From an uncultured Candidatus Saccharibacteria bacterium (GTDB taxonomy: Bacteria; Patescibacteriota; Dojkabacteria; CAZCSM01), in assembly GCA_964501355.1 (NCBI GenBank), contig CAZCSM010000004.1, positions 3,340-67,339 on the forward strand: 64,000 bases of DNA. Direction: 5' to 3'. A program made the position numbers and the translations under genes. The notes under the pieces are model-generated. The model was not told the origin of the DNA. It made no database searches and was given only the letters and a program-made list of their open reading frames with translations. This document shows positions 51,373 to 61,508 of the stretch, in pieces; position 1 is the first letter of the stretch; every line of letters starts with the position of its first letter.

Positions 51373-51969
51373 ATGAAAGTAAATTTTGCAGGAGCAATTA
51401 CTGATGACAAATCAGCAAAAGAAAGATACGCCAAAATTAAGGCAGCCGTTAGCAAAAGCGGAAGCACCGTTACTCATAGACAACATGAGAAACTTTCTAC
51501 CGGAGAAATTTTAAAAAGAACCGACAAAGAGATAAAAGATTCATATAAACTCATAACTATGAGTATGAAATCAGCCGATGTATTCATCGCTGACATAACA
51601 CTTCCTAGCGTCGGAGTTGGCGTAGAAATAGCACAGGCTATGGAAGAGAGAAAGCCAACATTGGTTTTAAGATACAAAAATGAAAAGGAAGCACCGATTG
51701 CTAATATCAAGGCGAATCAAAGTGTACTGATGACGTACAGAGAATATGATGATAACAATATTGAAGAAATCATTGCAGATTTTCTCAAAGAAGCAAAGGA
51801 AAAACTCGACACCAAATTCATCCTTATTATCTCTCCTGATATTGATAAGTATCTAAAGTGGGCTTCTGATGAATACAGAATGCACAAAGCACAAATCGTT
51901 AGAGATGCTATCGAGGATAAAATGAAGAAAGATAAAGATTACAAGGATTATTTGAAATTGGCTGCATAA
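51373..51969 (+). CDS. Nucleoside 2-deoxyribosyltransferase-like domain fused to a C-terminal ribbon-helix-helix
   Basis: ADVFIADITLPSVGVGVEIAQA..KPTLVL; KFILIISPDIDKYLKW...KAQIVRDAI. Confidence 0.75.
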   Translation: MKVNFAGAITDDKSAKERYAKIKAAVSKSGSTVTHRQHEKLSTGEILKRTDKEIKDSYKLITMSMKSADVFIADITLPSVGVGVEIAQAMEERKPTLVLRYKNEKEAPIANIKANQSVLMTYREYDDNNIEEIIADFLKEAKEKLDTKFILIISPDIDKYLKWASDEYRMHKAQIVRDAIEDKMKKDKDYKDYLKLAA

Positions 51970-51988
51970 GCAACATTTCAAAGATAAT

Positions 51989-52015
51989 AAAAGACTCGCC
52001 AATGGCGAGTCTTTT
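51989..52015. terminator. Bidirectional terminator
   Basis: AAAAGACTCGCCA-A-TGGCGAGTCTTTT. Confidence 0.8.
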
Positions 52016-52075
52016 ATTTTACTATGTTTTAACGATGTTTAATCGACGTTTTCTCAAACAGCGACGAAGTCGATG

Positions 52076-53770
52076 TTACACAAACACCGGCACAACCATT
52101 GGATTTCTATCAGTCTCTTTTCTCACGAACGTCCCCACTCTCTTTGTTATAGCATCACGCAACTCCTGTTGGTAGACCTTATCAAACGGCTTATTTTGCA
52201 GAGATTTATCTTTCACAGATTCTTCTGCGACTTTCTTGATTTCTGCCATAATATCAGTGCTTTCCTTCACGAAAACAAACCCTCGGGAAATTACCTGAAT
52301 AGGTTCTGCCAGAGAGCCTCTTGCATCAAGGTTAACTCCGAGTACGAGGAATCCGTTATTCGCAAGTTGAGATCGCTCCTTCAAAACTAATGCGCCAACA
52401 TCTCCAATACCTTTCCCCGATACTAGAACCGGAGATCCTTTTATCTTCGTTCCCTTTATGAAACCTTTTCCGTCAAATTCGTAAATTTGACCATTTTGAG
52501 GAATAACTATGTTCTTTTCTTTCACACCAACACTCATAGCAGTTTTCGCATGAGCAAGCAGAAAGGATTGTGGGCCCTCAATTGGCATGAAGAACCGTGG
52601 TTTAAGCATATTAAGCATTATCTTTTGATCATCCTGATGACCATGTCCACCTGCATGTACGTCCATCAAAGCCTGATGGATGACGTCAGCCCCTTGCATA
52701 ATCAAATCGTCAATCAAATCCTGAATCGCCAATGCATTTCCGGGAATAACGGATGAGGATAAGATAATTGTATCACCTTTCTTTACAGTAATGTCTTTAT
52801 GCTCTTTTCTTGCAATCCTTGCAAGTGCGGCCATGTCTTCTCCCTGACTTCCCGTAGTAATGAACAAAACCTGCTTATCATCCAAGTTCTTTGCCTCGCT
52901 TGGATCAATAAAATGCTTTGCATCAAATTTGATGTACCCCAATCTTGTTGCTATCTCAACTGCTTGTCTCATTCCAAAGCCGGAGATTGCAATCTTTTTA
53001 TTATACTTAATTCCAATCGAAATCAACTGATGAACTCTAGTAACCAAAGAAGCGAAAGTTGCCGCTATTACACGCCCTTTTGCGTTCTTAATAACATCCT
53101 CCAGAATATCTGTCACCTTAGCTTCTGAAATTGAATGACCGGATTTCATTGAGTTTGTGCTATCGCACATTGCCAATAGAACGCCTTTTTCTCCTAAATC
53201 ACAAATTCTTCCATACTCGGCGACTGGCTCGTTTACAGGTGTATCGTCAAATTTATAATCACCGGTATGAACAATCACACCTTGCGGTGTATGAATGCCA
53301 ATTCCCATTGATTCAGGGATATTGTGATTGACCCCGAAGAAGCTAGCTTTGATGCTACCAAGTTGTACAGTATCGGTTGTCTTTACAACGACAAGTTTTG
53401 TCTTATTCAATAAACCGAATTCTTCAAGCTTCGGCTTAATAAATTCAATTGTAAACTCACTAGAGTAAATTGTTGGGAAGCCCAATGCCTCAATTACATA
53501 AGGAATTGCACCAATGTGGTCTAAGTGACCATGTGTAATCAACAAACCGCGTATCTTCTCTTTATTCTCCTTTAGATAGCTCACATCAGGAATCAAATAG
53601 TCGACGCCGTACATTTCACTACCCGGAAACCCAAACCCCATATCAATTAAAACTATGTCATCACCATATCTAACCATAGTGCTATTTATTCCAACCTCTT
53701 CAGATCCACCCAAAAGGGCAACCTGAAGCTTGGATTTTGCACCATTAACCTTATTATTTTTAAAACTCAT
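52076..53770 (-). CDS. rnj: Ribonuclease J
   Basis: THGHLDHIG, HTGDYK, TGSQGE, HAGGHG. Confidence 0.96.
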   Translation of the reverse strand: MSFKNNKVNGAKSKLQVALLGGSEEVGINSTMVRYGDDIVLIDMGFGFPGSEMYGVDYLIPDVSYLKENKEKIRGLLITHGHLDHIGAIPYVIEALGFPTIYSSEFTIEFIKPKLEEFGLLNKTKLVVVKTTDTVQLGSIKASFFGVNHNIPESMGIGIHTPQGVIVHTGDYKFDDTPVNEPVAEYGRICDLGEKGVLLAMCDSTNSMKSGHSISEAKVTDILEDVIKNAKGRVIAATFASLVTRVHQLISIGIKYNKKIAISGFGMRQAVEIATRLGYIKFDAKHFIDPSEAKNLDDKQVLFITTGSQGEDMAALARIARKEHKDITVKKGDTIILSSSVIPGNALAIQDLIDDLIMQGADVIHQALMDVHAGGHGHQDDQKIMLNMLKPRFFMPIEGPQSFLLAHAKTAMSVGVKEKNIVIPQNGQIYEFDGKGFIKGTKIKGSPVLVSGKGIGDVGALVLKERSQLANNGFLVLGVNLDARGSLAEPIQVISRGFVFVKESTDIMAEIKKVAEESVKDKSLQNKPFDKVYQQELRDAITKRVGTFVRKETDRNPMVVPVFV

Positions 53771-53831
53771 TAACTATAAACATAACTAAAATTTAAATAA
53801 CCCAAAAACCTGAAAATTTCTGCTGTATCAT

Positions 53832-54083
53832 CTAATACCTCGACTGCACAATGCCGAAACAAACATTCTCTTCCATCTCCCAACCTATACATTTTTGCGA
53901 TTCATTATCGAAGTCTCTTGCGAAAGCACGAAATACCCATGGCATCTTCCACATCGCAAAAAAAGCCACTCCGATAAGAATTCCTGTTACGATATAAACC
54001 TCCATCGTGGACTTTGCCAATCGATAAAGGCCTGACATCAACAGAAGAAATAATATGATAACTACAATCGCCCAAAACTTCAT
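53832..54083 (-). CDS. Small membrane protein with C-x8-CFG tail
   Basis: Two TM; CIGWEMEENVCFG. Confidence 0.65.
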   Translation of the reverse strand: MKFWAIVVIILFLLLMSGLYRLAKSTMEVYIVTGILIGVAFFAMWKMPWVFRAFARDFDNESQKCIGWEMEENVCFGIVQSRY

Positions 54084-54091
54084 AATATCTC

Positions 54092-54337
54092 CTATTTAAT
54101 TAATCCGAAGCAATCTCCGCTTTCTAGTATTAATCCGTAGCAAGTAGCGCCATCAGGAATAACCTGAGCAGCATTTTGCATAAGCGGGTCGAGCCACGGT
54201 AATGCAAGGTAAACCAGAAGAGAAACTACTAAAAGCCATAAAAGAAAACTAAATAGTTTTGCTCCGGTTTTCAGAAGTTTCAGTGCAGCAACGATTAACA
54301 ATATCATCGCAGCAATAGCTATTAATTTTGATACCAT
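54092..54337 (-). CDS. Small membrane protein with C-x8-CFG tail (paralog of the neighbour)
   Basis: Two TM; CYGLILESGDCFG. Confidence 0.65.
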   Translation of the reverse strand: MVSKLIAIAAMILLIVAALKLLKTGAKLFSFLLWLLVVSLLVYLALPWLDPLMQNAAQVIPDGATCYGLILESGDCFGLIK

Positions 54338-54432
54338 TTTATTATTCTTTCAAGTATTTCAATCTTTATTTTCTGAACCAAAACCTTCTTGCTTTTTCTT
54401 TTTTACCTTTTGCCTTTTTACTTTTTCCTTTT

Positions 54433-55638
54433 CTATACGACAGTAATGTCAGTGGGCATAAAGACCTTTACATTTGCGGGGTTAATCACAAAATGAGTGC
54501 CTTTACCCTCAAGGATCATTCTCGCAACTCTTCGAACTAAAGATGTGAGATTTCGCTCTAATTGACGAATTCCAGCATCAAAGCCCAATGGTCGAATCAG
54601 CAGAGGCCAGACATCCGGAGTAAATTCGATTGTATTCGGATCCATACCCGCCGATTTCAGAACTTTCGGGAATAGATAGTCTCTCGCAATGACTTCCTTC
54701 TCATTATCAGAGTAGCTCGTAAATCGAATTATCTCTAAACGATCGAGAAGTGCCGTCGACATTGTTCCCAGGTTGTTTGCCGTCGTGATGAACATCACCT
54801 TAGATAGATTAACAGGATAATCTATATAATGATCGGCGAAAGTAGCATTTTGCTCAGGATCTAATATTTCAAGAAGTGCTGCATTCAAATCCGCTCGAAG
54901 ACCACCTTCTCCACTAACCTTATCAATCTCATCAAGCAGAATTAACGGGTTCATGGATTGTGTCTTAACAAGAGACTTAACGATCTGTCCAGGTTCGGCA
55001 TCAGGATTTACTCTAGTCTCACCACGGATGTTTCGAATATCGCCCATTGCACCGAGTGCAACACGAACAAACTTCTTCCCCATTGCCTGTGCTATCGACT
55101 TAGCCATAGATGTTTTACCGATACCCTGCAAACCTACAAAACAGAGAATCGGAGCATGTGCAGACGACCCCGTAAGTTTTTCCATACTTCCCGATTCATC
55201 GGTATAGTTATCCAACATCCCCTTCTGTTTCTGCAAATTCATCACAGAAAGGTATTCTATTATTCTATTTTTAATCGGCTGCATTCCGTAATGATGATCA
55301 TCAAGGATTTGCTTTGCCCGCTCTATATCTAAGTTATCTTCATTGAAACTCCTCCACGGAATGGACGTTACCCAATCTATATATTTCGCAACCTGTTCAT
55401 AATCACTTGAATAGTTTCCAAACTTTGCCATTCTCACCATTCTCTTCAAAAGCTTGTACACTTTGTCATTAAGAGCGAGTGGCAATTTTGCATTAACGAT
55501 TTTCTGTTCGAGCTCTCCAATATCTTCAATCAAAAGGTCCTCCAAACCACGCTGTGATTCTTTGAGAACATCTAGTTTCTGTACTGAGGTTTGTACATCA
55601 TTAACAGCAGATTGGTTGGGCAGATTTTGTTCGTCCAT
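54433..55638 (-). CDS. Lon-like AAA+ ATPase lacking the N-domain and protease domain
   Basis: LDDHHYGM, GLQGIGKTS, LLDEIDK, ALLEILDPEQN, LLDRLE; ends after the alpha subdomain. Confidence 0.85.
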   Translation of the reverse strand: MDEQNLPNQSAVNDVQTSVQKLDVLKESQRGLEDLLIEDIGELEQKIVNAKLPLALNDKVYKLLKRMVRMAKFGNYSSDYEQVAKYIDWVTSIPWRSFNEDNLDIERAKQILDDHHYGMQPIKNRIIEYLSVMNLQKQKGMLDNYTDESGSMEKLTGSSAHAPILCFVGLQGIGKTSMAKSIAQAMGKKFVRVALGAMGDIRNIRGETRVNPDAEPGQIVKSLVKTQSMNPLILLDEIDKVSGEGGLRADLNAALLEILDPEQNATFADHYIDYPVNLSKVMFITTANNLGTMSTALLDRLEIIRFTSYSDNEKEVIARDYLFPKVLKSAGMDPNTIEFTPDVWPLLIRPLGFDAGIRQLERNLTSLVRRVARMILEGKGTHFVINPANVKVFMPTDITVV

Positions 55639-55713
55639 CTTTATTAAACATTTAATGACTTAATGTTACATCACAAATTTTGCAATGTCTACAAAACATC
55701 ATTTCACAAATCT

Positions 55714-55742
55714 GTAGAGACGTGGCATTGCCACGTCTCTAC
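55714..55742. repeat. GTAG-family REP-like palindrome
   Basis: GTAGAGACGTGGCATTGCCACGTCTCTAC. Confidence 0.7.
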
Positions 55743-55760
55743 GAATATTCTAAAGGAGAA

Positions 55761-57848
55761 TTATTGCTGTACAGCTCGTTTAATACTTAGATTTACTCGA
55801 CCTCTATCATCAATTTCCGTAACCTTTACCTTTACCTTCTGACCAACCTTTACAACTTCATTTGCGTCTTTAACAAATCCATCTTTAAGCTCAGAGACAT
55901 GTACAAGACCTGAAACAGAAGGGGTGATTTCAACAAAAGCTCCGTAGCCCTCGACTCTGGCGACAGTTCCTTCGTAAATCTCTCCGACAACAGGTTCAAA
56001 TACAATTTCGTTAACAAGTGCCTTAGCAGCTTCAATTGCATCAGGAGATACACCTGCAATATTTACAGTTCCATCTTCCTCAATTTCAATCTCTACGCCT
56101 GTTTCTTCTGTGATTCCTCGGATAACTTTTCCACCTGGACCAATAAGATCTCCTATTAATTCTTTATTGATCTTCATTTGGACAATCTTTGGTGCGTATT
56201 TAGAAAGCGCAGCCTTTGGCGCAGGAATAACCTCATTGATCATATCAAGAATTTGGTATCTTGCAGCTTTTGCTTTTTCAAGTGCAGTTGCTAATACTTC
56301 CATTGGAATACCTTTTAATTTGTTATCCATCTGAAGTGCCGTAATACCATCTCTTGTTCCTGTTACCTTGAAATCCATATCTCCAAAGTGATCTTCGAAT
56401 CCTTGAATATCGGTTAAAACAACCATTTCATCTGAATCTTTTGCTTTCATAAGTCCCATTGCAATTCCCGCAACAGGAGCTTTGATTGGAACACCAGCAT
56501 CCATAAGAGCAAGTGTAGAACCACACGTTGCAGCCATAGATGTTGAACCATTTGCTGAAAGAATTTCAGAAACAACTCGAATTGTGTATGGGAATACTTC
56601 CTTCGAAGGAATAACCGGTAATAATGCTCTTTCTCCTAATGCGCCGTGTCCGATTTCTCTTCGACCAGGATAATAGCTATATCGACCTGTTTCTCCTGTG
56701 CAAAATGGCTTGAAATTATAATGGTGCATATAACGTTTTGTAGTTTCTCCACCGATATCCTCAACCATTAGTTCTAATTTACCAGAACCCAATGTTGCAA
56801 CTGAAAGAGCCTGAGTTGTTCCTCTCTGGAATAAACCGGATCCATGCGTTCTCGGCAAAATTCCGACAGATGCTGATAGTGGTCTGATTTCATCAAAGCC
56901 TCTTCCATCAGGTCTCTTGCTCTCTTTTACAATTCCGTCGATTACTACATTCTTGGTAATCTCATGTGCAATTCCATTTAATGTGCTCTTGCTATATTTC
57001 CCTTCATATTCTGCATACATTTCCTGATGGATTTCATCCATCTTTGCATCTCTTTCAGATCGATCTTTGATGTAAACGGCTTCTTTCATTTTTTCTCCGA
57101 AAACAGCAAAGACCTCATTATAAGATTCTTCAAGAACGGAGACTGAAACAAATTCTGCTTTCTCTTTACCCCACTCTTTTGCAATTTCTTCCTGCATTGC
57201 CAACACTGCCGGTGAAGAATCCTTTGCAAAATTTAATGCTTCGAGCATCTTAACCTCATTAACTTCTTTTGCTCCAGACTCGATCATCACGATAGAATCC
57301 TTTGACGCTGAAATTATTAAGTCTAAATCTGCAGATTCATAAACCGTTTCATTTGGATTAACGACTAACTGTCCGTCTAACATAGAGACTCGAACTCCTG
57401 CAACAGGTCCTTCAAAAGGAATGTCAGAAATCATAAGTGCTGCAGATGTAGCATTTACCGAAAGCATAGAAGGATCGTGCTCTCCATCATACGAAAGAAC
57501 AGTTGCAATAACTTGAACTTCATTTGCGAAACCTTCTGGGAAAAGAGGTCTAATAGATCGATCGATAACTCTAGCCTTCAACGTTGCTTCTGAACTTGGG
57601 TGTCGTTCTCTTTTCACAAATTTGGAAGATGAAATTAATCCTCCGGCGTACATTTTTTCTACATATTCAACGGTTAGAGGGAAGAAATCAATTCCTTCTC
57701 TTGGGGCTGCCATAGTTACAGTGACAAGCACTGCAGTTTCTCCCCATGTTGCATAAATAGATCCATTTGCTTGCATTGCCATTCGACCTGTTTCAAAGGT
57801 CATGTCGGCATCGCCAAACTTAATGGTTTTGGTGAGCGGTGTGTTCAT
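55761..57848 (-). CDS. pnp: Polyribonucleotide nucleotidyltransferase
   Basis: FFPLTVEY, RREIGHG, NGSTSMA, GDMDFK, KH and S1 domains; start at MNTP. Confidence 0.98.
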   Translation of the reverse strand: MNTPLTKTIKFGDADMTFETGRMAMQANGSIYATWGETAVLVTVTMAAPREGIDFFPLTVEYVEKMYAGGLISSSKFVKRERHPSSEATLKARVIDRSIRPLFPEGFANEVQVIATVLSYDGEHDPSMLSVNATSAALMISDIPFEGPVAGVRVSMLDGQLVVNPNETVYESADLDLIISASKDSIVMIESGAKEVNEVKMLEALNFAKDSSPAVLAMQEEIAKEWGKEKAEFVSVSVLEESYNEVFAVFGEKMKEAVYIKDRSERDAKMDEIHQEMYAEYEGKYSKSTLNGIAHEITKNVVIDGIVKESKRPDGRGFDEIRPLSASVGILPRTHGSGLFQRGTTQALSVATLGSGKLELMVEDIGGETTKRYMHHYNFKPFCTGETGRYSYYPGRREIGHGALGERALLPVIPSKEVFPYTIRVVSEILSANGSTSMAATCGSTLALMDAGVPIKAPVAGIAMGLMKAKDSDEMVVLTDIQGFEDHFGDMDFKVTGTRDGITALQMDNKLKGIPMEVLATALEKAKAARYQILDMINEVIPAPKAALSKYAPKIVQMKINKELIGDLIGPGGKVIRGITEETGVEIEIEEDGTVNIAGVSPDAIEAAKALVNEIVFEPVVGEIYEGTVARVEGYGAFVEITPSVSGLVHVSELKDGFVKDANEVVKVGQKVKVKVTEIDDRGRVNLSIKRAVQQ

Positions 57849-57889
57849 AGAAAATTCCTTTCTGTTTGCGCAGTAACTTTGAGTACTGG

Positions 57890-57972
57890 GAGAAGGATTT
57901 AGATATTGGAAGTTAAACACCGGGCAATCGTAACTGATACTCAACTTTCAACATCTAAAAATCCTTTTCAAT
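57890..57972 (-). promoter_or_regulatory. Long stem-loop in the rpsO-pnp leader
   Basis: GAAGGATTTAGATATTGGAAGTT pairs with AACTTTCAACATCTAAAAATCCTTTTC. Confidence 0.55.
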
Positions 57973-58017
57973 TCCCCTCTCTCGAAACTGCAAAAAATAA
58001 ATAAACCTTTTAAAAAA

Positions 58018-58042
58018 TTCAGCTCCGCTTATGGAGCTGAAA
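58018..58042 (-). terminator. rpsO terminator
   Basis: TTCAGCTCC-N7-GGAGCTGAA with an A run on the + strand. Confidence 0.7.
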
Positions 58043-58046
58043 CTTC

Positions 58047-58316
58047 TTACTTGTTTAAACCAACTTTACCAATCAATTCTTGATATCTTGCGTCATCTTT
58101 TCTCTTTAAGTAATCAAGCAATCTTCTTCTCTTGCCAACCATTTGAAGAAGACCACGTCTTGAGTGATTATCCTTCTTATGAGTCTTTAAGTGATCGGAA
58201 AGCTGTGTGATTCTTTCAGTTAAAATCGCAATCTGTACTTCTGGTGAACCAGTGTCTCCATCATGTACTGCATATTTCTTGATTAGTTCTTCTTTGTTTT
58301 TTAGTTTTGTTGCCAT
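58047..58316 (-). CDS. rpsO: 30S ribosomal protein S15
   Basis: [24 protein letters not shown]. Confidence 0.99.
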   Translation of the reverse strand: MATKLKNKEELIKKYAVHDGDTGSPEVQIAILTERITQLSDHLKTHKKDNHSRRGLLQMVGKRRRLLDYLKRKDDARYQELIGKVGLNK

Positions 58317-58461
58317 ATCTTTGTTTATTATCCTAGTTACTTAAATCGTATCACACAAAATTGTGCTTAGCAAATAAATCAACCCTCTTCTAGTAGAAGG
58401 GCTCGGATAGGATAATATCACAAAATTAATGACGAAACAATAACAATATTAACAAATATTA

Positions 58462-59904
58462 CTATTTCTTATTCCCCATTCCGCTAAAAGGACCACCGAA
58501 ACTTCCAGAGTTGAAAATCTTTGGTGGACCAAAACTATCATCTGAAGTAATTATCGGATCATCAGAGAAAACCTCATTTTCAGCTTCCGCAGCAGGTTTC
58601 ATTGGTTCGACAGGTAAAACGGATTCGTCAACTTGTTCAGCTACCTCTGAAACAGACTCCTCTAAGATTCCTATTGAAGCGGGTTCTTCATCAACCGCTG
58701 TTACTTCTACATTTTCAGCACTAAGTTCTTTTGATTCTGTTATTTCCGGTTCAACAAGAGGCTCAACGACAACCTGTTGATCTTCAGAGCCGAGAAGTCG
58801 CAAGATCTTTGTCTCGATAGCTTCAAGCTCACCTTCTGCACGAATAACCAGCCCATCCTGACAAACTGTCATTTCAAATTCCTTAAGAATCTTTGGCAAA
58901 TCTAAATCTTCCGTTTCAACCTTCCCCCAAATTGTTCCATCGCTTAACCCATAAAGAACAAAAGCGTTTCCGTATCCTTGATATGAATTAAATGGGATAT
59001 GTTCATTTACATTTACTTCGGAATCTTCTATTTGTAAGTCTTTTAACTCCGAACTATTAACCGTTGACCATAAAATTCCTGAGGTATCTTGTTTTATATT
59101 TGCAAAAATTCTTTGCTGCAACTGCAATTGTCCAAAAGTGCCCTTTGTACTTGGCTTCGTACCAACTTGAGTCATAGTAGCACCAAGATCCATAAGCTCT
59201 CCAATTCTCTCAAGGGTAGTTTTATCTTTTACATTTCCCAATAAACCGCCAACGCTTTCAACAAATCCATTGAGAATAAGTTGCGCCGTTTCAGTATTTA
59301 TTTTTACATTTAAAACCTTCAAGAAATCATAAATGATTTCAGTAACAGAGCTAGTGCGCGCGATCGATAGGTTGTTTTCATTTATTGTGTTACCGTTTAC
59401 TCCTATAGAAGTCCTAGGAGCGCGATCAAAGAAAGACTTATTTTTTGTATAAACTTCTCCCAAATCAGTAAGTTTCTCGAATCCAACAAGGACCACATAT
59501 TTATAGCTCGAACCAATTTGTTCAAATTTCAAATCACTAATTGCAAGATCTCCATATGCTGGAGTTAAGAATAACTTGAATGCTTCATTTTCCTCTCTCC
59601 ATTTCACCTTCCCAATTTTTCCGTCTTTGGGAATACTGATGATGTAATTCCTCGGATCCAGCGTACTTTTAACATATTTTAAAACACCGGCTCCCACCAA
59701 ACTCTTTTGGGCCTCAGACAATGGTGATGTCATTAATAAATCAACGACATTAAAAACGGGACCCTCATCGGCAATTTGTCGAAGTGTAGAAAAAAGTGCA
59801 GAGGCAGCAAGTAAACTGTCTCCATTAAAATGCGGTGACAGGACAACTAGGATTTCCTTGTGTGATAATAAACGTTTGCGTAATTCTTGAAGATTCTCAC
59901 TCAT
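58462..59904 (-). CDS. Degenerate DHH-family (NrnA-like) protein with acidic tail
   Basis: NGDSLLAASAL, SSVTEIIY, ETAQLILNG; no DHH triad; position after infB. Confidence 0.6.
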   Translation of the reverse strand: MSENLQELRKRLLSHKEILVVLSPHFNGDSLLAASALFSTLRQIADEGPVFNVVDLLMTSPLSEAQKSLVGAGVLKYVKSTLDPRNYIISIPKDGKIGKVKWREENEAFKLFLTPAYGDLAISDLKFEQIGSSYKYVVLVGFEKLTDLGEVYTKNKSFFDRAPRTSIGVNGNTINENNLSIARTSSVTEIIYDFLKVLNVKINTETAQLILNGFVESVGGLLGNVKDKTTLERIGELMDLGATMTQVGTKPSTKGTFGQLQLQQRIFANIKQDTSGILWSTVNSSELKDLQIEDSEVNVNEHIPFNSYQGYGNAFVLYGLSDGTIWGKVETEDLDLPKILKEFEMTVCQDGLVIRAEGELEAIETKILRLLGSEDQQVVVEPLVEPEITESKELSAENVEVTAVDEEPASIGILEESVSEVAEQVDESVLPVEPMKPAAEAENEVFSDDPIITSDDSFGPPKIFNSGSFGGPFSGMGNKK

Positions 59905-59981
59905 GAGTATTTTGAATTATTTACATAAAAAGCCCCAAGTTTGGGGCTTATATTTCTTTCGGAAGTATACAATATGTTATA

Positions 59982-61505
59982 TTACTTTTCAATCCTAAAG
60001 CAGACGATCTTATCGCCCGACTCTATTTCGAACTTTGGAGTAAGGACAACACCACATTCTTGTCCCTTCTTTACCTTGTTAACTTCCTCTTTCAACACAC
60101 GAAGAGTGTTAATTTTTCCTTCGGCAATTCTCTCTCCTGCTCTCTCAACGTAACATTTCTGACCTCTTGCGCATGTACCGTCCGTAACAACACATCCTGC
60201 AACGATTGATTTATCTGAAAGGACAAATACCTGACGAACCTCAAGTTCCCCCATATTTATTTCTTCAGCCTCGATATCAATCATACCGGTTAACACATCA
60301 TCAATCTCATCAACAAGTTCATAGATTATGTTATAAATTCTAGTGATAACTCTCTCTCTTTTGGCAATTTCTTTGACATAGTCGGAGATACCGACATCAA
60401 ATCCAACAACCAAACCTCTTGATGTCTTCGCTGCAATAACGTCTTTTTCGACAATATCACCAGTTCCTGATTGAATTACTTTAACCTCAACATCTTCATC
60501 CGAGAGATTTTTTAATTCAGACTCGATGGCTTCTAAGGTTCCACTTGTATCAGCTTTCAACACAACAGAGAGGATTTTCTTTTTTGATTCCACTTCCTGC
60601 ATTCCAAGAAGTTCCAAAACAGAAAGTTCTTCAACTTCTTCAATTAATTCTTCCTTCTCTTTTTCTTCTTTGACGATAACCTCAAGTTCCTTTGGTGTTT
60701 TTGCAGAAGTAAACAATCCTCCAACGGGAAGAACCTCTTTTATTCCTAAAATTGAAACAGCATCTGCGGGCTCAGCTTTCTCAATATTGTTTCCTTCTGT
60801 ATCAAGAAGTGCACGAACCTTTCCTGTTGATTCATTACACAAAACATATTCTCCTAATCGAAGCGTTCCTTCTTTTACAAGAACCGTTGTAACAGCGCCA
60901 AGGCTTGAATCTAGTTTAGATTCTAAAATCACACCACTAGCTTGTACCGTTGGGTCAGCTTTGAGTTCCTTCATCTCAGCAACCAAAAGGATCATTTCCA
61001 AAAGCTTATCGATATTTTCTCCGGTTTTTGCAGAAACAGGAATAATTGGAACATCGCCACCCCACTCCTCAACTAGAACATCATTATTTGCTAAGTCCTG
61101 CTTGACCTTTTCAATGTCTGCACCCGGTAAATCGATTTTATTTGCAGCAACAACAATAGAAGCTCCGGCTTTCTTGATGTGTTGAATTGCCTCCTTTGTT
61201 TGAGGTTTTACACTATCATCAGCAGCAACAACCAAAACTGCAATATCAGCTACCTGACCACCACGGGATCTCATTTCTGTAAAAACCTCATGTCCCGGTG
61301 TATCAATAAAAGTTATTTTCTTATCATTGTATGAGAGCTGATGCGCTCGAACATGCTGAGTAATTCCACCAGGCTCACCCTCTTGAACATGAGCCTTTCG
61401 AATGTAATCCAAAATTGAAGTCTTCCCGTGATCAACGTGACCAAGAAAAGTAACAACAGGAGGTTTTACCATTAAATTTGTATTTACTTCTTTCTTTTTT
61501 GCCAT
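59982..61505 (-). CDS. infB: Translation initiation factor IF-2 (short form)
   Basis: GHVDHGKT, DTPGHE, NKID. Confidence 0.97.
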   Translation of the reverse strand: MAKKKEVNTNLMVKPPVVTFLGHVDHGKTSILDYIRKAHVQEGEPGGITQHVRAHQLSYNDKKITFIDTPGHEVFTEMRSRGGQVADIAVLVVAADDSVKPQTKEAIQHIKKAGASIVVAANKIDLPGADIEKVKQDLANNDVLVEEWGGDVPIIPVSAKTGENIDKLLEMILLVAEMKELKADPTVQASGVILESKLDSSLGAVTTVLVKEGTLRLGEYVLCNESTGKVRALLDTEGNNIEKAEPADAVSILGIKEVLPVGGLFTSAKTPKELEVIVKEEKEKEELIEEVEELSVLELLGMQEVESKKKILSVVLKADTSGTLEAIESELKNLSDEDVEVKVIQSGTGDIVEKDVIAAKTSRGLVVGFDVGISDYVKEIAKRERVITRIYNIIYELVDEIDDVLTGMIDIEAEEINMGELEVRQVFVLSDKSIVAGCVVTDGTCARGQKCYVERAGERIAEGKINTLRVLKEEVNKVKKGQECGVVLTPKFEIESGDKIVCFRIEK

Positions 61506-61508
61506 TTG

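Noticed and set aside
57849-57944. N-terminal extensions in the ORF track (pnp; also 3072-3149, 9346-9414, 24170-24229)
   Set aside because: The upstream alternative starts run through leaders or neighbouring genes; downstream starts match the family N-termini.
60526-61185. 219-aa antisense ORF, and the many similar shadow ORFs over polA, ftsH, hsdM, groEL, rnj and pnp
   Set aside because: They lie opposite well-supported genes, are Ser-rich mirror frames and show no motifs.
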